Below are positions 50,601 through 62,600 of a stretch of DNA of 64,000 nt, piece after piece. Source of the stretch: Paraphysomonas bandaiensis (taxonomy: Eukaryota; Protista; Chrysophyceae); assembly GCA_965644295.1 (NCBI GenBank), contig CBFFRP010000066.1, forward strand, positions 124,001-188,000, written 5' to 3'. The first letter of the stretch is position 1; each line of letters opens with the position of its first letter. Below the pieces are notes generated by a model. The model was not told the DNA's origin and did not search any database. It saw only the letters and a list, made by a program, of their open reading frames with translations. Made by a program: the position numbers and the translations under genes.

Positions 50601-53600
50601 GGTTAGTCGACTCAGGTGATAAAAAAAAGAAGAATCTCTTCTGGAAGGTGACAGCATATCCTCGATTTCCCAAGAAATACTATCGCCATATAAATTTTTC
50701 ACGAATATCCGTTTGTCTTCCTCAGCTGTGGCGTCCTGCTCCTTCTCTTGCTCCTGCTCTTGTTCCTGTTCTTGTTCTGTGTCAAGGCCACCACCTGAGG
50801 AAGTAGAACTTCTATTTTTCTCCTCTATTACAACAAGGGCACTGATATAAAAATTAAGTTCTTTTTCTGCTGTCCATTCCCCAGATGAGTCGCACTGAAT
50901 GTTAAACACATATGACCGTTCATCCCATAAATCATTGTACGATTCAATAGCTGCACGCAACCTCACCGATAAGCTCTCAGACTGACCTTGTCCAGCCGGA
51001 TAACTGACTTCTTCTTTAAACAGACTGATGACTCTAACGTTCTTTTTACAAAACGCTGCATCGTGTCCGCGAATATCCCACGTCTCTTCCACACCCACAG
51101 ATTTAGTACCAGTGACAACATCATCAACGGCATTGACGGCAGATGCATAAAGCCCACCTTCACTCAGTGGATACATACATTTTCCATCTTTGAACACGGC
51201 AATTCTACTACTAGCATCTCGAAAATACGAAAGCATATCGTAATATGATCCAATCTTGTCATCGTCCTCTTCTCCTGAGCTCTGACAAGAAGCACAAAAA
51301 TCTTTGAACCACATTGTTTCAAACCTATCTGGAGCAGTAAAATCAGTAATATCTTTAAACCAATTACCCAAAACCACTGCATCAGGGTATTCTTCCTTTA
51401 TTCTCATGAGAGTTGCGATAGAGCTACGAATCGGACCGTCTGAATCGTAGATCTTAAAGCACTGATAACTCTTTGGAACCTTCTCAGCCTTTTTCAATCG
51501 ACTAACGGTTGAACAACTTTCTGAATGATCAGGAACAGTCTGACTACAATGTGGACATACTACTTTTTCGTCACGCAACTCATCGACTTTCTGGGACAGC
51601 CAAATTTTGACAGAAGTAGAAGGAGCATCTAATAAATTAGAAATAGCCTGAATTGATGCCGACATATTGTTTGAATCTACTTCTACGCCATCGCGAACCT
51701 GTAAACCCTCAGAATTTTTACTATCTACACAATCCTCAGCCATTGTCTTCAGTGTGTCAAGACTAACAAATGGACTAGAGAAAAACGGAACATTTCCATC
51801 CAGAGGAACATCCGTGTGCAGTTTGAACCTCATATTGTCTGAAACTTTTAAACTCTGCTGTGGCTCCACATGTGAGCATGTATCCTGAGTTGTACACCGC
51901 GTTATATGCAGTAAATTTTCCAATGCCTGACGTCGCCAAACATTGTTTACACAAGCAATACTCAAGGACAGGTGCTGCAGGTCTTCAACTTGCATTTGAG
52001 TCTTAACTAACCACGAAACGATATCTATTGGACTGGGATTGAGGCCAACCTGGTCCCCATCACCACATATACTGAGATCGCGATTAATGAGCTGAACTAT
52101 TTCTCTTGTCATTTGGTACCGAATAGTTTGCCCTTTTCCTATACCACGCATGCGCCACGCCCCTTGCATTAAGTCGCGTAAGGTCATCCCTTTTCCGATA
52201 GTCAGGAGACATACCGCGTCAATTGCTTGTTTGATATCAATCCCAGTTGTATGTACTTGGTCGTAAAAAGTAAACCGCTGATTCTCAGGTATGTGTACAT
52301 CAGAAAGAAACTTCGGGGGAGCGCTTAAGTCTTCCCCACGCATAAGTGCACGCTTTGTGCCACTATCATCAATGTACGCCACAGCTGTAAAACGTTCGGC
52401 TGGAAGTCGTTTCAAAATTTCATACGCTATTTCCCTGTTGGTGAAACCTGTGATCAAGGCCCCAGTGTCGACAAGTGCATGAAATTCACCACGCCCAGCA
52501 CAATCCAGTAATTGAATAGAAGATTCCGAACCAGAGAGGGGCTCTGGCTCGCAAGATACAATACGAGGGTTTATTAATGTACGAATGACTTTTGCTCTAG
52601 TGCCTGGTTGAACCTCGCAATCTCTGAGAGATAGCGGTAGAAGGTTAGATGGTGTCCCAGAAAATCCAATTCGAGAAGCAAATAACATGGGGGATCCGAT
52701 GTCAACACCGCTGGCCTGAAGCTTGTGCTTCTGAATTCTCATCGTCCGCGGAAACACATAGGTGTCCAGATACTCCCATTGCGCATCCAGTTGCATATGA
52801 ATAACTTTATGCAGTAACTTTAGAGTATCTGTGTTATCATCAGTCGTTTGTAAGTGCTCCAGTGAGGGTATTTTCATCAGTAAGTTTTCAATATCTATTA
52901 TCGCACACCACGAGCGAGCATCTTCTTTCCAAGTTTCAAAACGACTACGCGAGGGTCGAACGCTGTAAGGTCCATGATCAACATTGAGCATACGATACCT
53001 CATATGTGCAACTAGAACTTTCACATCTTCTAAACGAAGCCCCTCGTGATGATAGGCCAAACAAGTTAAACCGATAGCAACATCAGGTGATGAAAATTCA
53101 CTTGATGGCGAAGGAGTTTCTAGACCTTGATAAGGAACTGCAAGCATCAGGCGACTGTCATTTAAAGCAGCAGGCATGTTTCGGCTTTTCCAACTTTTCA
53201 AATGCTTTCCTTGGAGGAGGCCATATTCAATTCCATGCCGCTTGCTTAAACAGTGTGGCATAAGGACAGTTATCCACTTGCGTGCAAACTGCAGTACAAT
53301 TTCCGCTCTTTCCGAATTATTCCCATGTAGTAGTGGCACAATACTATTCTTCCGTAAACCAGATACGTACTCAACAATAGCGTTACAAATATTACTGTCG
53401 TAATATGGCCTACCCAACGGCATAATACTCTCATTCGTTAGCCACAAGAGAGCCCATTTCCCGATTGGTACAGCTAGATTCTCCATGTACCAGTGTTTAT
53501 TCAAGAGTAATATATTCGGTTTCATCTGCACACAGTGCTGCTGCGAACCTGCCCATAGCACTTCTCGAATTCTTTGAATATCTTCTACCCACGAGGTCTG

Positions 53601-56600
53601 TTCCTGAGAAATAAATCTAGGCTGGTAATCTTTATCGCTTGATGCGGCATACAGCCCGCTCATCAAAGCCATCGCGAACTGCCATCGCCAAGATTCGAGC
53701 TCAACAGAAACCCTGTCACCAATAGGAAAGTTGAGTTCACTCTTTAATGGATCAAATATCATATCGCACTCGTCAATTAAAGCTACCCCGCCACTGCCTT
53801 TTGGCTGCGACTGATCTGGAGCTCTAAAGATGTCCAGTATTGATCCCATCACGGTCAGTTTATTTACCAATGGAGATACTCGAAACAAAACCAAATCTCT
53901 AGCTTTGTCGCGCACATGCGACGGAAGCATTCCGGGAGGAAGTGTAACTAAAGGATTTATATCTTTTAAGAGAGTCATGAAATCAATGAACTTTAACAGT
54001 AGCTTCTTCACTTGAGACGGTGAACAGAGAATGATATGGCCAGCCTCTCTGGCATCTAGAAGCTTGCGCTTCAGTTCAAGCATTGGAGCTGAATCGCCAC
54101 TATCAAAGGTGTTTCGTGAAAATGACATAACAAACACTTGTTTGATAAGGACGCTGCTAAACACTCGCTCTAATACGGATCTCGTCTGTTCCAATAATGG
54201 ATCGGGAACGATTTGAAGAACTGCACGCTCCCCCTTCGCAAGTAACAGGCACAGCATAGGACCAATACAAGCTGTTTTACCGCTACCCATAATTAACTCG
54301 TGAACAGCGGATTGATTGTGAGAACTACAGCATTTGTCGTAGAGCTCTCCAATTTTTTTCACTTGATCATCACGAAGCATAAATCCTGTTAGAACCTCAA
54401 AGACAAGATATTGGGGATTAATAACAACCGACTCTTTGGCAGATGGTGACTGGTCTTCGTACTTAGTCACGACACAGTGTTCTGCCAGAACCATATTCGC
54501 TGCCCCATCGGCAAGGTGCTGCAGAAGAAGGAAGTGAGAAACCAGCGACTTTCGAAGAGACTGATGGTATAAATCCTTGTCATACAGATTGCTAATTCCA
54601 GAAGGAACTGTTACGACAATACCGTCTACACACATGCCCCGACACGCGATACCCGCAATATCAACATCCGACGTATTAGTTTCAATGATTCGCTGTGACA
54701 CAAATTTCACGTCAAATGAATACACTTGTAGCAGTATATCAAGTGAACTTATGCGGCTATATCCACCAGTAAGGTCATAGCCTGTAGAGTGTACCCTATC
54801 TAATTGAATAGCTTCATCTCTATAACGCCTTGCAATAGCTACAGCCGATTGAAACAAGCACGATGTAGAACTTTGATTCTCACGGGCTTCAAATAAGGCC
54901 TGTTTTAGCAATCCAGCGGAAGAGTATCTCTCAAGCACATCAATTGCGGTATCAGATACGAGAGCGAGCTTCAACCAATCTTCTTGTAGAATCATCAGTT
55001 CCTTCATAAGCAAACGCAAGGAGTGTATGCAACGGGAAGCATGCAGTGAGAGCACAGTCCCAAATGCTATCGTAAGCGCAGTGTGCTGAAGCCGAATATG
55101 TTCTGTTGGGTTTAGCCTCTTTAAGTCTTCTAGCATTTCTGAGCTCAATAGCCCTCGAATAAGGTCTTCTACGTTAACACGACGTTTAAAACCTGCAAAT
55201 TGAAGCAACCTGTAAAAGCTTTTATTTTCACCTAGAGCGTTGCCAGCAACCTTGTCAATTGCGTTCACACTCAAAACTGCCTCTCTGGTGACAGTACGAT
55301 ACTCTACAAACTTTTTGCACATTGCAGCCTCCAAATCAACAACAGTATCATGCACACTGAATAGCCACGATAAATTCCATTGTGATTCATCATAATTTGA
55401 ACTCGAAGACAGCACATCACACATTTGAGCGTAGTCCAATCCATTCAAACCCAATGTATACAAACTTCCATCGAATTCCGATTCCTGGCATAATGGGTGG
55501 CCCTTCATGTCAGATAAAATCTGATATGCAGTACAATCCTTTCCGCCCCTTTCGGCCTCCCTTTCAAGAAAACCTTGGATTAGCTTGTCCATTTCATCAA
55601 ACTCCAATTGGGTATCACGTGTATGGGACTGAGGGATACTTTCGTTGCTACGCGTACAAAGTAATTGACAAGTCTTAGACAGCCTCTTCAGTACTTTGGC
55701 CTGCTGCATGAATTCTGCCAGTGGGCTCCGACAAGATAACTCATGACATACCACCATACTTTGCTGCTTCTCATTGCGAAAGAATGGGAGAAGATTTGCA
55801 TCATAATTACTCCCTGGTCGACCATTTTCGCACAGAAACAGCTTCTTACTTGAAACGGTGAAGATAGTATTACTTATTTGTGTCCATAGATCTGTGTGTA
55901 CAACTTCATAGCAAGTATACACTAGTTTATCAAAGAATGAAGACCCGATGCCGTGCTCAAAGGTAAAGTACCCTTGTGCATGCAGGAAGGCAGTGTCAGA
56001 GTTGTATGGAAAAACTGGAAGCTCAGACAAATACTTTTCCGCATCTGAACAATGCTGAGCTGATAGAAACGACAACTTTCCATTAGCAGCCTCAGTTAAT
56101 ATATGAACAACAATAAGTAGTGCTTCAATTTCACTTTGGAACTGACTTGGGCAAAGAGCAGCATATTCACTTTCCGCACTATTAAAACACCGGAACAACC
56201 GAAGCATTAATGAGTAATACGCGAAAGCAAAAGAATCGTCTCGAATATCTATACCGATAAGCTTTTCGTTATCAAAATCTTGACAGTGCTGCCCCCATGG
56301 CCACCTTCTATGTGCGACAACGGCCTTCTCGATCTCAGTCATTCGATCAGATGTATGCAATGGGAAATGAGAATAACATATCCTACACGAAGAAGATCGA
56401 ATGTCATTCAATTTTCCACAAGAAATGTTGAGGCACCGCCAAGTAGGTATTGTACTGTCTACACAGTTTTCCATGTAAACAAGTGACAGTGGCACTTGAG
56501 CAAGCAGACGACCATCATCTTGCCGAATATTACACGTTCCTGTATCATGTATATGAAGCACCACTCCACTTTTATACTCATCAGGACGATCATTATATAC

Positions 56601-59600
56601 GAACAGTTCCTCGGGAAGTATCTCCACTCTATCACCCACAGTCACTTGAGAACCTTTAACTTCTTTTTGTTGCACACTCGATGGTTCTAAGGACCATGTC
56701 ACTGCTCCCGACAAAATCTCGTAGGTTTCCAGCAGAGTATTAGCCAACGATGGATGCGGGTAGATTTCCCATCTTTCAAATGCAATACAATTCTTTGCCC
56801 ACTGATGAGCACGCAGTCCACGCACATCAGTGCCCATGAATAACGGCGATGAAATAGTATCACCCGCTTGCATGCATCGTTTATACCTCATAAATTTGGA
56901 CATGTGCGTATCCGCATGAAAAGTTCCTGCCATCAGAATGTTCTCAGAAGAATCAGGTGGATTCTGCCAATCCACACCGTCATTCACCTTTTCATTCTCA
57001 GGGTTGATTTTTTCCTTTTCTTCGTCATTCTCGACATTGCTTCTACTGACATCTTCCCCTTTTTGTACAGCACAGGCGTCATTGACCTCGTCATTTTGAC
57101 TACGAATCTCATCAGTAGATGTGGTTTTACCATCGTTCAACTTAGTCTTATCAGCCTCTGCCTCACATCCTCTTTCATCAGGGACGCTCATTTTAGTCCT
57201 GAAAGTACGGAAATCTACGTTAGAACCAATTCCTTCCATCGTCATTGCAAACAGTTGTATACCATACTCCGTATTCGACTGCAAATCCTTAACAGAAGCC
57301 ATTCTTGTCTTCAACCCAAGATGTATATTCACAACAACATCCCAAGGGATGAGATCTTTCTCCTGCTTGACGTAAACACAATTTACTCGAGCATCAGCAA
57401 GTGTTCCGTTCACTGAAATAGATATTCCGGGGAAACGAATTTCATATTCAACGAAGTCTCCTGCTGTATCTCTAACAATACGAGATACAACACCAACTTG
57501 CTGCACACTTTTGACAAAAAGCCATTGCCCAATTTCATGCTTAGGGCAATCATCGAAACCAACCGATGAATTTTTATCAATATTTTTCGGCGCGCTACAA
57601 ACTGTCACAAAGTATATCACCCGATTCCAAAAATTCTTCACACTTGTGTCGCACTCATCATTCTTCACACTCCATGAAATTGTGATACCTGTCGATGTGA
57701 TGTCTTCCTCTTTCCAATCGATATGCGGTTTCCAGATTATGCTCCTGCCTCGACGAATTTCACACATATCATTTTTTAACGACACTTTCAAATACATGGA
57801 TTTGATTATATTAACCGAATTAGAGGCACGCGCACGAAACACAGATCCCAATCTGTCCATCGGTAACTCAAGCGATTCAGACGATGTTTTAAGCACTTCT
57901 TGTATTTTATTTTCAACGTACTCAGACGGCAATAGTGTTTGGTCAATTTGACTTCTTACGGTTAAATACTTCATATATATTTGGCGTATAACCTTACGAA
58001 AATGGTTGAAAGCCACTTTATTTTCGGAAACCCGCCAAAAAAATTTGAGAAGACAGAGCACAGCATTAGCCGTGCGAGTGTGTTTCGCTGACCCAATTTC
58101 CTGAACCAATGTCCACTCCGATGATTCTAGTGTATCGGATTTAAAGAAAAGCCCATCGATTAATCTGGAGGCATCTTCATAACGGTGTGCTGCCATACGG
58201 AGCTTTATCATGTAAAGTCTGGAAGCAAGAGACGTCATGATAAAATATGCACCGGAGGAGTGAACTTCGTATATGTAATAGCATGAAGCCTCGCTTCTTT
58301 CCATAGCATACAGGGGCATCATGCCACAATGAAAAGGGCACCCCTTGAGGGATTGAAATAAGAATTTTCTGCTAGGAATTAGTACCTCCATGTTTCCTTC
58401 TTCGTCTTCTAATAATAAAAACTCTTGAATACCTTCTGTCAAGTTACGTATTTGCTGTTGTTGAAGTGGCTCAATGTCACTTAAACTCTTAACATAATAT
58501 CCAGAGCGTTCAACACATCGCAATCTCATGCCACGCCCGTGAGAGACTTGTACAACATCAAAGCTCAGTCCAAGCAGGGGCATTTCTACGAATGATATTG
58601 GCAACCGATGCGAACAGTTGGAACTCATCCGCAGCTCCGCCTCAGATACATCAGCTGTGGTCCAGAAAAGTATGCCGCTCAGTGGTTGAACACACTCAAG
58701 TAATTTCCTGACATAATGCAAGGCAGAATTCTGTTCGGCAAAACTTGCATCCAGCAGAATACCACGACGAACGAGCTGTGCAGCGGCCTGCTCTTTCTTT
58801 CTCAGTTCTTGCATCGTTGGTGACGAATCATAGTCAGGATAGTCATTATCAATAAGGCTTTGCGGAATTCTTTCAACAACTGCATTCACTCCACCATCAT
58901 CATCACTGAACAAGCGAATATATATTTCAGAGCCTCTCCACCAATGTGTTTGAGTTCTCTCCTCGTTTCGGTTCAACACTGGTTGCTCTACTGAATTACT
59001 TGAACTTGAATGTTTGAAGCGCAGGGGAATCGAAAGTTCTCCGCCACTGCTGGAGCCATTCATTTCATTCCATACCTCGGTCATGGAAGGTGGCAACGCG
59101 TAACCACGAATTACGTTTTTACCTGTTCTCCAGAAGTGATATCCGTTTACAAGGACCTGCGGGAGCAAAGATCCAAGCATGAACGAAGGAATCAATGATT
59201 CTGTGTCGTTTTCTTTTACGAACTCGGCAGTTATTTCAGAAATTGAAGATGCATCTCGTAACCCTAAGTTTCTTCTTGACAACTGCCGGGTGCGCCATAC
59301 CTCTGTGTGATTACTTCCCCCACGATACCATGTTTCTTCACGGAATTTCGCTTCAGTATCTACAATAGTCAGATTACCAAATATTAACCCCTGCTCGTAC
59401 TGGCGTTCCGAATCGGGCTCAATGTCGAATGCAATTCCAGGAGAGAACGTTTTAGACTCAGTGCCCTTTTCAACAGTAATATTGATATCATTCGTTAACG
59501 GAAGTACTGCAAACGAATCCCTTGCATCACTGGCAAACACCTGAAAGCGATATGATCGCCCAGCATAGCGCCTAATTTCATAGACATGAGCAACACCACT

Positions 59601-62600
59601 TGGCGCCATATATACTTCAAAAAATGCGGAGTTCTCAAAATCTGTACCACATTTCCAACATAGTAGCTGCGGATGGTGATCATCGGCCATGGGCGACTGA
59701 ATCTTCCACACTTGAGGGGGAGATAGCTCGTCAAACAATTCCATATGCGCACACACAACACCATGCCAGGCTGAAATCATATCACACTCATCAAGGCGAA
59801 CTTTTATGTATAACTTTCCGAGGTGTAAGACATTCCCATTCTGATCAAGCTGCGGGTGATTCAACGTTTCCAAGTTTTCAATACCATGTAGTCCATAATC
59901 ACAAAACTTTCGACCAGCACTTGATATGGCATCCGTAACCCCACTTACCAAGTCCTTTAAAAGATTCTTGCTCTTTTCAGCAAAAAAGTGTTCCCGAGAT
60001 GGAACTTCTTCGGGTTTCAACCACACGCGGATGGTATAGGTAATAACTTCGCTTTTCCTCGCACATACCGCTCGATGTACACGAACCTTTTTATTATCAC
60101 ATACCACACTACTTGGCGGTTGAGTGCCCCCTGTTGCCCCTTCCATATATATCTTGGCGTGCTCCCATAACTCATTTGGTAGATCAGTTAGAGAAGAGGA
60201 AGATTCAAACACCTCGTAGGTCTGTAGGTGTATCGACTTCGCATCCAGGGAACGCTCATAGCACCCAGGAAAAGTATCACCACTTTTTGTGTTGTTTGCA
60301 GAAACCCAGTATTTCGTATTTCCGTTTCTTTGGCTCTTCAAAAGTGCTTTAGCTTCAGGAATGTCGTTGACGCATTCCCGCAACGCTTCACGACATATCT
60401 TAGTCGAATAATGTTTTCTACCATCACTTTTATTTAATTCATCACGCAACGCTTTTACAGCTCTATTGCTAACTGGAGCGCGAACATAAAGTCTATACCC
60501 CCATTCCTCGTCAATAGACGCTACCCGACCTTCAGGAGGTGGACCAGGCGAGAAAAAGTATAGGTACACACACGAACCTTTTACAACAAGTGGCTTAGCA
60601 CCGTCCGCCCCAGGCCATTCTTCTCCAGGATTAATTACCTGTAACACTTCAGTTCGCTCTTTATCACTGTAGATGGTGAGATGTGCGTTCTTTCTCTTTC
60701 CCAATGAGCTATTGGCATCAAACACTAATATTAGGTATGGGGCATCCGATATCTCAATTTTCTCCATACTTTGCATATCAAATGGATACGGGTGTTCAGA
60801 TTCAACTATACGCTGCGTTAAATAGAGATTATTGCTAGTACTATGCCACAGCGATGAATCATGCTGACCCAAAAAAGACGCCGAAAAACTTTTTTCTCGT
60901 AAAGTAAACTGTTGAGCGGCTTCTAAAATCTGAATAATATTGCGACGACCAATTTGACCATTGCTTTCTTGGTCATTGCACCAGGTCATTATCAATGATC
61001 TCTGGCGTTGCATTATCAAAAAAAGTTTCATTGACGGAAGGCGCAAGTGGTCTTGTGATGCAGCCTTACTCAGCCATTGTACAGTGAAGCACGAACAAGC
61101 TATAAACGATGAAATGCTCATTCGAGTTGCCTCATCATACATATCTTCATTTTTCGATTCTGCCACCTCCAGCAATGTCCCTTCACATAGTGCAATGTAC
61201 GCAGCAAAGTTCACAACAACTCCAAATGCTGAGGACTGTTCGGCTTGAATCAGCCAGTGTCTTAATAGCGGTAAGGCCACACCGTTAAGAAATTGCACAA
61301 TATGGTTCTGCCATGATAAACACACATCTTCTTTCTCCGTATCAAGTGCTATTTCAAACTCACCAACTCGAATAGAACAGCTCAAAACTGAAATATCGAG
61401 TGTGATGACAAACAACATAACGTCAATTAAGGTGTTGCGAAAACTAAGGCTCGAACATAGTTGGGCAGCAGAATATGAAATGCGCACGCACGCACTCATA
61501 ATCGTGGCAGGATCCTTCCAAATTTCTTCAAAGAGTGCACCATATCGAGTACCCAGAGATTCAGAACAAGGAACTTCTCGTATTTGTAGTGGGGTCGCAG
61601 AGTACGGTCCGGATTCATACAAAATACTCTCTATAAATGTGCGCGCATCTAATGACGCAATAATATCAACTTTGCCGTTGTCCAAAAATTCCAGCAGCAG
61701 TGGAATAGAAACCAGTGGGGTACACGAAAAAGTTAACAATGTCTCGACGTCAGCTTCTGGTAAACCCGACGATCCCAGAGACAGTTCACCTGATTTTGGT
61801 TTGGAATACATTATGGTAACTTCATTGACGAGGTTGGATTCTACATAGTCACACAGTCGAAGTTCTTTCTCATCAGAGCCCTCTGCGGCCGCATAAGCTT
61901 CATGCAGTTTTGATTCGCTTCTCTGTTCTGTGACTACGCCAACAACACGCTTTATGCCATCATCACAAAAATTTCTAACAAAAAGTGACCGTGAAAAAAA
62001 CATGACACGTCCAGCAGCATTATCCATTTCAACTCTCTCCAGACGAATCGAAAATTCCTTGTTGCTGGAAGACTTTTCCTTTCCTTTTGAAGCCTTGTTG
62101 AGCTTGACAGAAAATCGTAAATCAAAAGCCGAGTCAATTTTATTACTCATACGTGTAATAGTATCCCTAAATTGATCAAGATTGGCATTCGATAAATTAT
62201 CCAAACACACTGAATCTCCAAAAAAACCAAGCCATTCGAGCAGTGTAAGTCTTGATTCCATCCCCACCTTACACAGTGTGTGAATATCTCTCAAATACTT
62301 GAACTCCTTTAAGCGCTCCCATGATGAGCAGTACCACCATCCAATGATCTCTTGCAAATGCTCGGGAGAGTATTCTTCTTTCTTTTTGTCCTTGGAGCCT
62401 TTAGTTTTACTGCCACCGGTTTCTTCTCCACCATCTTTCTCTTTAGATTCCCGCTCTTTCTCAATTTTCAATGCATTTGAGAAATCAGGAGGCAATTCGA
62501 ATGGGAGAGCTTTCTGCACAGGGCGGTTGAGGTCAAGATTTACATTAATTCGTTGCAAAACATCGAACGTGAAATCAAGAGCTGGCTCTCGGGCATCTCC

